The notes beneath the pieces are model-generated. The model searched no databases. It saw only the letters and a program-made list of their open reading frames with translations, and was not told the DNA's origin. Position numbers and translations under genes: made by a program. Of a DNA stretch of 64,000 nucleotides, positions 25,624-38,949 are shown one piece after another. This DNA is from Octopus vulgaris (taxonomy: Eukaryota): NCBI GenBank assembly GCA_951406725.2, contig OX597837.1:46810001-46874000 (forward strand). Reading direction: 5' to 3'. Each line of letters starts with the position of its first letter. Positions within the stretch are counted from its first letter, which is position 1.

Positions 25624-25902
25624 TCCGAGAATTGTGTGAAGGCCCCAGACATGTTGTAAAATGCTATCTGAGTTGTTTTCATCAAATGAAACAATTAGTA
25701 GTTCATAGAAATATAAACTGTGTTTATTAAATAATAATAATAATAAAAATAATAATAATAATAGTAATAATGATAATAATAATAATAATGATAATAATGA
25801 TAATAATAATAAAAAATAATAATAATAATAATAATTATAATAATATACACACACTCACATATATGTATACACATATATATAAACATACACATATATAAAC
25901 AT

Positions 25903-25998
<96 letters not shown>

Positions 25999-26495
25999 GT
26001 GTATATATATACATGGGAGTAAATGTGCTAAGCAGTGTTTACGTGTAATCCCAATTTAGGTTAGTTGAAATATGTTTGTCACATATTTCAACTGAACTGC
26101 AGTGTTTATGCCTTCAGCAATCGAAATATGTGACAGACATGTTTCAACTAACCGAAATTGGGATTTTACATAAACACTGCTCAGTGCATTTACCCCAATC
26201 GTGCAATCTACTAGTGCAAATCAGTCAATATGTTGGCTGAATTATATATAAAGCCATAATCTTTGTCAGTTCGTTCAGGATTGTCCCTCTCAGGTACACC
26301 TGATTGACAAGAGTTAACTAACTTGGAACATCGATGACTAAGATTCCTGAGAGAAGCTGACACTGAATGAACGGAGTGTTTTCACACCTTTTTAACCATA
26401 AAAGAGATTTATTCTCCAAGGTAACTGCTGTGTATTTTCCTTTAGCAGTTGAAATATGTGAGAAACATATTTCAACAAATCTAAATTGTGATATA

Positions 26496-26536
<41 letters not shown>

Positions 26537-26946
26537 ATATCATCATCATCATCATCATCATCGTTTAACATTCGTTTTCCGTGCTAGCATGGGTTGGACG
26601 GTTCGACTGGGGTCTGGGAAGCCAGGAGGCTGCACCAGGCTCCAGTCTGCTCTGGCAGTGTTTCTACAGCTGGATACCCTTCCTAACGCCAACCACTCCA
26701 TGAGTATAGTGGGTGCTTTTTACGTGCCACCAGCACAGGTGCCAGTCAAGGCACCGCTGGCATTGGCTATGCTGATACTGTTAGAGTATTACACTAAGGA
26801 TGGAATACTCAGCCACTTATATGTTATTTCAAGAATTAATGACTTGGTTGACTGGACATCTGAATCCTCATCGCCAAGCGAGGGTGATTCACTACCATGT
26901 CACCCTCATTAAACACTAAAAAATGATTTATAAGTAAAAATTATTC

Positions 26947-26992
<46 letters not shown>

Positions 26993-27964
26993 TGTGTGTA
27001 TATATACACATTCACATATATGTAATTGGGTGTGGTTCATAGGCAAAACAAAAGAAAAAAATATTACTCAACTAAAAAATTATACAAACAAAATAGGTCA
27101 CATAACTCTGGGTTTTGTATAATACTAGACTTGTTGTCATCAGATATACCTGTTAATGACCTGGGATGGACACAAGCCTGTTCATCCTATACGTCAACCC
27201 TTTCGTTGTCCTGTTATTGTTCCCGCTTATACGTCATTGTCATGTCAACTTAGACCTACCCATTGCTCATTTGTTGTCATCAGATTTCTGTTCCAGTGCA
27301 TTTTTCAATATAGTTCCGTCATTCATTCTCAATTCTTGGTCCAGTCACCTTAACCTTCTTGTTTAGTTCCTGCTGTATTGTTCTCCAGAGTTTTCTTGCA
27401 TTTTCTGATTAAGTCTCTGTATGTTGCCTGGAGATTTCTCAGCAGACGCATGATAAAGTACATCATTTCTGCTCAGGGGTTATGTTTTACTACCACAGAA
27501 AACAAACATTGAACTCTTGTTTTAGTTTTAGTTTTTATAATGACTTTTTTTTTGTTAGTTTTTAAATTCCTAAAGCTGGCAAATCCACCAAATGCTGCCC
27601 AACTTTTCAACTTCAGATGTGGAACATCCTGCCACTTTGCTCATTTATATGTAGGAACATCTTTTTTAAAGTTTTCACCATTGAAACCCCTTTGATCTTA
27701 GATAGTCACATATGTGCACTTTTCACATTAAATCATTAATAAGTTTTCCTCTTTGTGTCTTAACAGAGTTTATACATGTTTTCAAACAGATTAATTGAAA
27801 AGGACATGAACTCATATTAGGCATTGAGATGATGTTATGAGTTGGATTTTGTCAAAGACATTGCATGGTTCCAGGTTCCGTTCCACTGTGTGGCACTTTG
27901 GGCAAGTGTCAGATTAACCGAAGCCTTGCGAGTAAATTTGGTAGATAGAAACTGAAAGAAGCTC

Positions 27965-28010
<46 letters not shown>

Positions 28011-28587
28011 CATGCGTGTTTGTGTCCCACCACCACTTCACAACTAGTGCTGGTGTGTTTATGCCCCTATAACTTAGTAGTTCAACAAAAGTGACTGATA
28101 AAATAAGTAGCAGGCTTATAAAAAAACAAAAATAAAAGTACAGGGATCAATTCATTGAACCAAAATTCTTCAAGGTTGTTCCCTGGCCTAGCAGCAGTCT
28201 AATGACCGAAACAAGTGAAACATTGTTGAAGAGCTGAAAACAAGGTAATTTCTACTCTTCTCCTCTGGAAGCCATCTACTCACAATACCAGAGGGCGCAC
28301 ACTCTCCTACCCTGGTCTAATCTCCAGGGATACAGGCATCCAGCAACAGGACCTCCGTAATGCTATGATGGATCGTGAAGTCTGGCGTAACATAGTAAAT
28401 TCCATTGTCTCAACCACGGTCGAACAATGATGATGATGATGAAAGAAGATATTATTACTATTACTAGCAGACTGAGTGTCCACATAAAGGCTACCTTGAT
28501 GACTCGCAGTAAATAGAGTAATGAGAAATGTGAAGTAAAAGTAATTAGACACACTTTAACTAAAAGAAAAAAAAATAAGGATAAACA

Positions 28588-28639
<52 letters not shown>

Positions 28640-28686
28640 ATCATCATCATCATTTAGCGTCCATGATGATGATGATGATATATATA

Positions 28687-28749
<63 letters not shown>

Positions 28750-29279
28750 TCATGTCAGGAGTAGATGCAATTTTGATATTTTGATATGTGGGTTAGTTTA
28801 TAAACCTGTCTTTATTGTGTAATACATTGAGGGTATTGTTGGAGAATAAGGTTAAGGAAGAGGTGGAGAAGAAGGTGATAAAGTGGAGGTTGGAGGGAGG
28901 AGAGGAGTATAAGGAGTAGTCAAATAAAGGTGATAGAAGGGGGGGAGGAAGGAAAAAGTAGCTGACAGAGTGAGGGAGGGAGGAGATGCGAAGAGAACTA
29001 GGTGAATGAAAGAGATGCAGGGGAGGAAGGGGGGAGCAGGAAGAGGAGGTAGATGATAAGGTAGGGGTGTAGCTGAGGGAGGAGGAGGAGGAGGAGGAGG
29101 AAAAGTGGGTTGAGGAGGGGTGGAGGGGAAAATGAAGGGAAGGCAAAGAGGTGAATTATAAGAGATAAAAGAAGAAGGGAAAGAGGGGGAGAATATGGGA
29201 TTGGAGAGGGGTGGGTGGAGAATCACAGAATCACAGATGTGTGTGTGTGTGTATATATATATATTGTCCGTTGATGCAA

Positions 29280-29462
29280 CGAAGACCGTCTAGTCATCCT
29301 GGGGTGGAGGTGGGCTTGCTTTGTGAGTCCACAGATGGCTAGTGAGGCTAATCTGTGCCCGAAAGAGTCTTTGACAGTATGGACAGGGAATAGTAGCGCC
29401 TGCTAAAGGGTTGTTAGCTCTGTTCTTCCTGGCTTGCCTGCAGTCTTCTGCAGCAGCGATTC
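29280..29462 (-). mobile_element. RTE-BovB-like LINE 3' end
   Basis: C-terminal zinc knuckle CPYCQRLFRAQISLTSHLWTH. Confidence 0.7.
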
Positions 29463-29465
29463 TAT

Positions 29466-29517
<52 letters not shown>

Positions 29518-29702
29518 ATAAGGCTTACAGAATCCTGAGCATTGCATGAATGAGCCGAAGAGTCATCATGGACAAGTTTATATGAACATGTTTGCCTCAG
29601 TTTCCTTTTCCCCTTTAGGAACACATTCACTGGAAATGCAATTACATTTACATATTTTCTAATGACCATACATACTTGTGAACATAATAAATAAATGTGG
29701 AT

Positions 29703-29818
29703 TACCTACCTACCTACCTGCCTACCTGCCTACCTACCTACCTACCTACCTGCCTACCTACCTGCCTACCTACCTGCCTACCTACCTGCCTACCTACCTA
29801 CGTACCTGCCTGCCTGCC
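29703..29818. repeat. (CCTA/CCTG)n tetranucleotide repeat
   Basis: Directly visible. Confidence 0.93.
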
Positions 29819-30450
29819 AGAACAACTGCCATACTAATGACCACTCCCAACCAATTCCTCTCCAGAATATCAAACCTTTGGATTTCCCTCCTTGATTGTC
29901 TTAATTTTGTGGTGGTCAGCTTATGAATTCCCAAGAACATTCATTGCATTGGTTGTCATAGAGTGGGGGGAGGGTCATTAAGAATATAAAAAGAGGGACA
30001 GCAGAAGGAATTGTCCTGTCAATTCTGAAGATATCACCTGAAGTATGAAATGAGTTGGTTGTTTGCATTGTCAGGGACTTGTTATCACCAATCACAAGCA
30101 TGTGGTGTGTAACATCGTGAAATGCTACAAGGACAAAATATATTTTTAGCTCTTCTTTAATGAGCCATTTTATGTTTTCTCCTTCTAAGCTCTTTACGAA
30201 GATGACTAATTGACATAGTCGTTAGAGTATTAAATAGGTTGCTTTGCAGTAATCAGCCAAACCCTGTGCACTCTGAGTTCAAATTGCGTTGGTGATAGTT
30301 TTCAGGATCGACAGGTAAAGTACAAGTTTTTACTCTGTCGTTCAATATCTTCTCTCTCTCACTCTTTCCCTTTTTTGTTTGCCTATTTCCGTTAGAAAGC
30401 AAATGGGTGGAGTCAGACCTGGAGGCGGATGGGATTCACCAGGTTAAAAG

Positions 30451-30711
30451 GCGGCGAGCTGGCAGAATCGTTAGCACGCCGGGCGAAATGCTTTGCGGTA
30501 TTTCCTCTGCCGTTACGTTGTGAGTTCAAATTCTGCTGAGGTCGACTTTACCTTTTATCCTTTCGGGGTCGATAAATTAAGTACCAGTTACGCGCTGGGG
30601 TCGATAAATTAAGTACCAGTTATGCACTGGGGTCGATGTAATCGACTTAATACCTATGTCTGTCCTTGTTTGTCCCCTCTGTGTTTAGCCCCTTGTGGGC
30701 AATAAAGAAAT
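30451..30711 (+). mobile_element. Full-length tRNA-derived SINE with target-site duplication (many other partial copies, e.g. ~3695, 4880, 7880, 14280, 15825)
   Basis: A-box-like TGGCAGAATCG, B-box GAGTTCAAATT, internal duplication of GGGGTCGATAAATTAAGTACCAGTT, AATAAAGAAAT tail, TSD AGGTTAAAAG at 30441-30450 and 30712-30721. Confidence 0.85.
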
Positions 30712-31620
30712 AGGTTAAAAGATACTCAAGCCATACTGCAGGTCACAACAGCATTAATAAGATCCCGATCAAAGAGATGAGGGCTCAAGGACAGAAGGAA
30801 GTAGGAAAGCCCTTACTAACTGCTACACCCAGTCTTTCCTCCCCAGATTATCAGCCTTTTGGAATTCCCTTCTTAACTATCTTAATCTTGTCAGTTTGGC
30901 AGTTTGTAGCTATTCAAGAAGGACATTCTCTGCGTTCATTGTCAAGATTTCACAAGTCCCAGGGGGCCCGTGAAAGCCATGCGCACATCTTCTTTCCCCA
31001 GACTAATCCTCCTCCAACAAGAAAAGTAGGAGTTGAGGTGATGTAAGATATTGAAGCTTGATAATCTGATTAAAAAGGGGGATTAATGGATTTATTTCTT
31101 ACCTTTAATGTCTATGACATATGGTTGTGCTAAGAAAGAAAGAAACAGAGCTTTCTCTCTCACTTTGTAGACACAAACACTTACACACACACTCTCTCTC
31201 ACACAGACACTCATAGATACATACAAACATATGTACATACATACCAACACATACAAACATATGTACAAATACACCAACACACATACATAAATACATACAA
31301 ACAGATATACATACACACCAACACACACATACACACGCATGCCCAGACAGTCACACACACACTATCCCACCCACAGAAGAGAGGAAGAAATAGTTGAACG
31401 AATCGTAGAGAATGACTGAGAATGACTCAGCATGTTTTATAAAACCGAGTCTGGTTTGTGGAATCCTGCTGAGGTCCCTTTTATCTTTTCAGTAATGGCA
31501 GATATGGAGAACATTTCACTGGCAATTGTAAATGGAGCAGAAAATAGCAAAGAGATACGAATAATATATTAGTAGAAAGGTGAATTCCAGGGTGCACTTT
31601 AAATACGACACACACACACA

Positions 31621-31841
31621 TGAGGGGTGCTGAAAAGTTCCTGGCTTTGAGGGAATCACAAAAGGCCTGGTTTGGAGGCACAACCTTCCGTGTTCTTTTA
31701 CGGAGCTGAGAAAAACTGAAGGGCCACTGCAATAAGTGTGTGAATCTGAGAGGGGAAAACACATTGAATAAAATCACAATTAACTGATCCTTGTCCTGTA
31801 TTTCCTTTAACCCAAAGCTAGGAACTTTTCAGACCCCCTCG
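31621..31841. mobile_element. Mariner-derived MITE (same family as 9256)
   Basis: Same TIRs and interior; ends CCCCTCG|TA. Confidence 0.8.
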
Positions 31842-32203
31842 TATATGTAAATATATATGGATGTGTGTACATATATACATCAATTATGCCCACACACATT
31901 CATATATATGTGTATCTGTATGTGTATCTGTGTGTGTGTGTGTGCACATATACACACATACATACATATAATATATGCTTCACATATTCTTTATTTTTTT
32001 AATGTTTCAGTCATTTGTCTCTGGCCATAGTGATGCACTGCCTTGAAGGGTCTTAGTTGAACAAATCGACCCCAGGACTTATTGTATCGGTCTCTTTTGT
32101 TAAACTGCTAAGTTATGGGGACGTAAACATACCAGCACCATTTGTCAAGTGGTGATGGAAGGACAAACATAGACTCAAAGACACATGCACACATATATAT
32201 CAG

Positions 32204-33051
32204 TTATTTAAAGGTCACAATACATGTATTAAAGCGCTACTAATAGTTTCATACGGTGAGAACACTAAAACATATTCTTCAGGCACAAACCACATATCTT
32301 AACGAACTTAAGAAATGGAATAAGAGAAGAAACGCGAAAAACTGAGAAGGCATTAAGTGGAAAATGCAAACAGTAAACAATGGAAACTGAAAAACAGAGA
32401 CTAGAAATAAAAAACTAAAAAATAAAAAGGTAAAAGAGCTACCCTCCCCCTTCGACCCTAAATGATAAGACTGGAAAGATACCAAGTCAGTCAGGAATAG
32501 GTGGAATTTTCCAATTTTTCAAAATATAATTATACATATGCACGCAACCACTGAACATTTCTGACCTGGAGTTCAACAGAGAGTTAGGGACCTAAAGACC
32601 TGAACAGGATTTGAGTTTTTTCAGCCAAACAAAGCCTACATTTATTTGATTCATTTACATAAGGTATGGGTTTCTCAATTACTTTCCTTTTAATCACATC
32701 CGGTGTTTCATAATCTTTCAACTTAGTAGCTTTACTTTTGTCCCTATGCCAGAAGGAGGTTGTGTGGTTGGCATAGCGATTTGTAAATTCACCTTCACAT
32801 AATCCAGTTTAGGTCCTCTTATCAGTTGTATTATTATTTAGGGTTGCTGTAACTACTACCTCACATATGATAGATTTAGTCATACACCATTTTCTATATG
32901 CTACTTTCTTAGTTTTTTCGTGTTTCTTCTATAATTCAATTTCTTTAGTTCGTTATGATATGTGGTTTGCACCTCAAGAATATCTTTGAGTTTCCTCAAC
33001 ACATGAAACTCTTAGTAGCATTTTAAGAGATGCATTGTGACCTTTAAATAA
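32204..33051 (-). mobile_element. Truncated Penelope-like element: GIY-YIG endonuclease remnant bounded by inverted hammerhead-bearing pLTRs
   Basis: Minus ~32888-32600 translates as CMTKSIICEVVVT...KRT*TGLCEGEFTNRYANHTTSF...KCRLCLAEKTQILF. ~110-bp inverted repeats at 32204-32316 and 32939-33051. Confidence 0.8.
32234..32286 (-). ncRNA. Type-I hammerhead in a Penelope pseudo-LTR, intact core
   Basis: Minus strand: GTGC-CTGAAGA-ATATG...CGTAT-GAAA-CTATTAG-TA-GCGC. Confidence 0.82.
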
Positions 33052-33340
33052 ATAATATTAATCTCTCACCAGACAGAATGCTTTTTTTGTTGAATTTTCT
33101 ATCACAGATCAATACATTATATATATATATATATATACACATGATGGGATTCTTTCAATTTCCATCTACCAAATCCACTCGCAAGACTTTGGTTGGTCTG
33201 GGGCTATACAGTGGGACTGAACCAGGAACCATGTGGTTGGGAATTTATGGAAATTTTAAAATTTCTTTTTAAACATTAAACTCATGCATTTGTTGAAACT
33301 TGTCCCTCCTCTGCCATCGTCATTTTATGTTCGTTACCTC

Positions 33341-33439
<99 letters not shown>

Positions 33440-34558
33440 TCTGATCAATAAGTATCCAAACTGTTGCCATAGTAACGAAGCTAAAGCACACAGAGTGAAG
33501 CTGCTTGGCACAGACTGACCTTGAACTCTCCATCACGTGACAGACCAGCTGAGTGCAGGCAAATTTGTGTTAGTTCACTGGAGCCTACCATCAGCTTTAA
33601 AAGAGGAACCTTTCCCACTACTCTTCAGTGAGGTGGGATGTGTGGTCGTGTTTGGATCTTGGTAGAGAGGAAGTTTATTTTGCAGGTAACTTCAGGTAGT
33701 CTTTGGCACATTACATCCTTTCCTATCTTCCAGTTGAATCTATGTCACGTATTTGTTTTCTTGTTCTATTCAAGTACAAATTGCATGAGAAACCATTATA
33801 TATGTTTTCTGATAGAATCAATCAAGATGTATTCAACAGTTTTGCCGCGTTAATGCTCTTTATCGGGTTGAATAAATCATCGCATTCAATTCTACCTGGT
33901 TTTCTCATTTTCCCTTTATCTGCATACACACACATATATTGGAACCCAAACCAGCTGAATTCTTCAGCCAACCATTCCGTTATACAGACATCCTTAATAA
34001 CGAAGATAACTCATTGCAATACACACTTATACTTGCACCATGCTGATTAGTTTGTCTCTCCTATTTCACTCAGAAAGTCATTAATGAGTCTGAGACTATG
34101 GCAGAGGATAACCAAGGCATCATACGAATCCAGACCACTTGGTTGCTAAACTTACATCTTAAGCACACAACTATTCTTACAGAATATTGGGTTCTAATCT
34201 GAATGTAAGCTGTGTACCTTTAATTCTTTTGAAACACTACCTGAAAAAAAAACAGCAAAAAAACCCCAGTTCTTTAAAGTATCCAAACCCAAGACTGACC
34301 ACCACCACCACTTCCTTCCCCTGTTCCATCATAATCCCATTCATTATCAACACAACTACAATTACCATCTGCATCACCACCACCACTACTACTACTACCA
34401 CCACCACCACCACCACCAATGCCACTGTCACCTCCCACCCATCTTCACTACGGTGCAGCTTTCAAGTCTTGGACTGTTCAGTAACTATTCTGGTCGGAGG
34501 AACCGTCTCAGGTGACTCTGCTCACGATACATGTATTAAATAAAGATGAGGTCTTTTG

Positions 34559-35080
34559 ATTCTATGATACAAAACCACCTGTCCGAAAGTGTTTAGAGAT
34601 AAACGAATACTTTTCATCGTAATTAGTTGGTATATAAGGAAACTCGTTAAGCAATGTTTCAAATACCAGCTTAATAATAATAACGACGAAAGTTGTTTCG
34701 CTTAAATACCCCGAATTCCTTTATTGTTCTATCATACAAAACTGTCCGTTTTAACGTTTTATTTATGTTTAAACTGAACCAATTTACCATCATTTTACGT
34801 AAGAATCTTGTTTTTAAGTCATGTTCCAAACAACAGCTTAATGGTCTAAATATCTGATTAACATCACTGAGACAGGTGTGAGAGGAAGGGAGGCAGTGAC
34901 ACCCAGGCAGGTGACCTGGTCAGAATGTTTACAACAGCGGGGACTTAATGGAAAGGTAGTGTGATGTATTAAATCTACAACCTAAGAAGAGGAACTGTTA
35001 TCTACGGAATTTAACTCTTAAGGCTTTGGTTTACCACAGGTTTTAAAAGAAAACGGACAGGTGGTTTTGTATCATAGAAT
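34559..35080. mobile_element. MITE with perfect 27-bp TIRs
   Basis: ATTCTATGATACAAAACCACCTGTCCG (34559-34585) and its reverse complement (35054-35080). Confidence 0.78.
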
Positions 35081-35405
35081 TTCCCCAAGTGTTGTGCAGA
35101 AGAAACGTGTTCGAAACCACATGTGGAGGTGAAGACAACTTCATAACAACACAGTCTTTGTTTTGCCCATTAGGTACGTAGGCAAGGCATGAATGTCGTC
35201 ACTTACACAGTCCTTGATGTGTATAGTTTAAAAATAAAAGGGTTTGAGAGAGAGAGAGATGGAGGGAAGAGGTGAGGGAGAAACGGATAGAGAGAAAGAA
35301 TGTGTATTAAATTAATAAAATAGAATGAAATCAAAGTCTAGGAGATGGAAGAGCAACGACTGAGAGAAAGAGAGAGGCATCAAAGAGAAAAAAGACAGAA
35401 TAAAG

Positions 35406-35437
<32 letters not shown>

Positions 35438-35479
35438 CAAAAGAATATAAGCAATAGAAAGAAAGATGTCTCAGATAGT

Positions 35480-35760
35480 TTGAAAGGGGTGGGGATCCAC
35501 GCACGTCGCCGCCGCCGCCGTCCGACACTTCTGCCTCTCTCTATTCCTCTTCTTTCATTAACACTCAGACTTGGTCTCTCTCTCTTTTTACTTACAAAAA
35601 GTCTGGCTTTCTCTCTATTTCTCTTTCTAGCAAGTTAATGGATGAAATACTTTTTCTAATTTGCTTTTATTCTGCGCCTTTTATTTCCTAAAGCAAAAAA
35701 AGAGAGAAAGAAAATAGAAAATAACTCTAAAAAAAAAGACCCAAACAAAAGGTAACTGTT
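35480..35760 (+). promoter_or_regulatory. Candidate promoter / non-coding first exon (possibly of the SH2D4-like gene)
   Basis: Isolated CpG-rich patch (CACGCACGTCGCCGCCGCCGCCGTCCG) between GA- and CT-rich tracts, with a possible donor AG|GTAACT near 35751. The SH2D4 ATG exon has a splice acceptor and so needs an upstream exon. Confidence 0.35.
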
Positions 35761-36441
35761 TTCCTTTTTTTTTCTGTATTTTCTCTTTATTTTAAAGGCC
35801 TAACTTGAATTTATTATTGTGAAAGAAGATTTTAATCCCCAACAAATACAAAGACATTACGAAAACTGTTGTTAAATACACAAGAAAATATAATATCAAA
35901 AGGAAGAAAGTGAAGGAAAATATAAAATTATAGAAACAGATAAAGGAAGACAAATAAATGATAAAAAGATATATAGAAAGGAATACTTACTATCAATCTT
36001 CTTCCAAGCAATATAAGACACTTGTGGATGTTATTGTTTTAAATTAGAAACCACTATTTTGGTTTTATGTGTCCGATTTAAAGCGACAGTAAGTACGATG
36101 AGTTTTTTAAAAGTTTCATGTTTTCTGGTTCACCTCAAAGCAAACGACGCACCAGCTTTAATTAGGTACCATAAACATTTACATGTGTGTGTGTGTGTTG
36201 GGACAGACAGGGTGTATAGAACTCGGTATGTAAGTGCGTATATGTATGTATATATATCTTTTTATTAGGCTGTAAAGTTATGTGACTCGAGCGAGGCCTG
36301 AGAAATTCCCTGCCTTGCATTTATTAGACACACACGTTTGTTTTGTTTTGTAGATTTCTGTATACGTGCTTATTATATATACACCTACACAAACCTATAG
36401 GTAGACACATACACATATATATATATATACACACACGGGCG

Positions 36442-36491
<50 letters not shown>

Positions 36492-36498
36492 CACACAC

Positions 36499-36633
36499 AC
36501 ATATTAGAGGGAAACCACTATGTGGACACCCTTATGCTAGAAATAGATCCGCTATGGTCTTACCACTAAGAAGACCATAGCGGATCTATTTTTAGCATAA
36601 GGGTGTCCACATAGTGGTTTCTCTCTAATATGT
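36499..36633. repeat. ~135-bp near-perfect palindrome
   Basis: AAACCACTATGTGGACACCCTTATGCTA...TAGCATAAGGGTGTCCACATAGTGGTTT. Confidence 0.9.
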
Positions 36634-37035
36634 ATATAATACAATTTTACTGAACGTTCAGTTTTTTTACATGCTAGACCATTGGTGTGAAATCGATGTT
36701 AATTAAATTAATATATAATTTCTCACCCTCATTTTAAATTTATATACATATATGTATATATGCGCTTCTATACGCGCGCATACTTTCTATGTATGTACGT
36801 ATGTATGTGTATATCTATCTGTCTATCTTTACATGTATGCATCCCCCGACTTTGTTTCCTCATAACTTTGATTAATATCCATTTTCTGAAAGTTATGAGG
36901 AAACAAACTCCGATACACACGTGTGTAGGCATACCGTATATGCATAAATGTATGGGTTAAAGTTTACTTGTTATGTGTATGACCAAAACACTTTAGTGAT
37001 GTAAACAGAACTGCATTGAACTGTTGGCTTAAGTA

Positions 37036-38949
37036 CAGATGTGTGCCCCACCGACATTGTTACCTATTTTCCCCTTCATAACTTTTAGGAAAATGGATAT
37101 CTTTTAATGAAATTTTATACAGATACCTTTCAAACGTCATAGATTGCGATTATAAAGAAATTTGTGGGGAACATTTTTTCCGAGGGGCTGGGGAAGGAGT
37201 TTTGAAAAAATGGAATTTCTGATCAGAAAGACTAAATAAGTTGGAACTACTTACTCCGTTTTAACAGTGATTTTTTCACCCCCAATTTATAAAATTTCAC
37301 CACAACCTTCGAAATAATGGAGACATCGTTTTATAATAAAAAAAGTTTTGAAAATTTTTGCACCCCCTCCCCATTCCTCACCAACCCACTCCAACTTACA
37401 AATCATGGAAGGAGCCTTTTCGGTAAAATAAAGAAAAATTGTAAATATTTTCAGAGGAAAAGGTGTACGATTCAAGGGAGATTTGGCTGTTGTTTCTAGC
37501 CTATCCCAAACCACCCTGTTTTCACTCTGACATGTATTGATGTTCCTTTAATATTTTCTCCCATTAAACACATTCTTATGGAACGATGATGCGGAAGTAA
37601 CACACGCGGGGCCCATTGGTCGGATATAAGCAACAAAAACAAAACAAAAATTGTAATATAAATTTTTGTCCCTACCTCAATCAAGCGAGGCCATGTGTCT
37701 GTGTGTAAGAAAAGAACATTTTCTAACAGAAAAGTATGCGGGTAGACTTCCTTTTGTACCCCCCAAAAAACCACCAACAATCGGGGGCAGGGAGTGAGGT
37801 TGCCAAAAAATCATAATTTTTCCCAATTTTTTTTTATAGCATATAGAAGTATAAAAGTATTTATGGGGAGGAAAAAACCTGCGAGAATGATAAAGTAACG
37901 GGGAGGGTGGTCTTGGGATGTGCTAGAAACAACAGTCCCTTAAATCACTCACTTTTCCCTCTGAAAATATCAGCAATTTTTAAAAATATTTTTCTTACCC
38001 TCTCTTGGTTTTGAAGTGCAAAAAAATATTGGCCAAAATTGGCCCTGAGTGGGATGATGAGGGAGTAGGGTTGTAGACACACAAATAAGAAAGAAGAAAG
38101 CAAAGGACCACTGATGAGGTCACAGAAGTGTGACGAAAGAACTCTGGCCGAAATAAGATTAATGTAAAAAATACAATAAAGCTGAAGCAAATTAACACCA
38201 AATATATAGTGCATGTGTTTTTATTGGTTAAACTCACAACATGACCATCCCTAAATACAACAATATCTGTTTCAACACATGATTTCATATCAAGAGTTTT
38301 GCAAAACAAATATATAAACATAACTTTTTAAAACCTTTTTTCATAAAAAGATGCCCCCCCCACCACCCATCATTTCAAAGTCTGTGGTTAAAAAAAAATT
38401 GGGAAACCCCTCCATCAAAACAGAGTAGTTCCAGCTTGTTTAGTTTTCCTGATCCGAAACTCCTCTCCTCATCCCTTCGGAAAAAATTTTCCCCATAAAT
38501 TTCTTTATAATCGTAATCTATGCGTTTGAAAGGTATTTGTATAAAATTTTATCAAAAGATATCCATTTTGCTGAAAATTATGAGGGAAAAAAGTCGGATC
38601 ATATGAATTTTCCAAAACTCCTCTCTCCGCCATTTCGGAAAAATTCTTTCCCATAAATCCTTATATACTCTTAATCCACCCTCTGGAAGCCATCTGCTCA
38701 CAATACCAGAAGGCGCTCACTCTCCTACCCTGATGTAATCTCCAGGGATACAGGCATCCAGCAACAGGACCTCCGTAATGCTATGATGGACCGTGAAGTC
38801 TGGTGTAACATAGTAAATTCCATTGTCTCAACCACGGTCAAACAATGATGATGAGGAAGCTGTTTTTGTTGAAAATTTCGTTAAAAAGTATCCATTCTTC
38901 TAGAAGTTATGAGGCAACAAAGCCAGTGGGGGGGGGGGGTACACATCTG
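37036..38949. mobile_element. ~1.9-kb non-autonomous DNA transposon with long inverted arms and TA flanks
   Basis: TA|CAGATGTGT...ACACATCTG|TA. 37070-37265 is an inverted match to 38415-38590. A LINE 3' end is nested at 38678-38853. Confidence 0.7.

Noticed and set aside
27096-27150. Hammerhead on the minus strand as a listed feature
   Set aside because: CTGATGA and stem I are present but stem II is unpaired and GAAA is mutated; treated as a low-confidence relic.
28793-29226. Pro/Ser-rich ORFs
   Set aside because: Low-complexity purine-rich tract with no exon evidence.
30451-30545. tRNA-like A/B boxes
   Set aside because: SINE head with no cloverleaf; many decayed copies.
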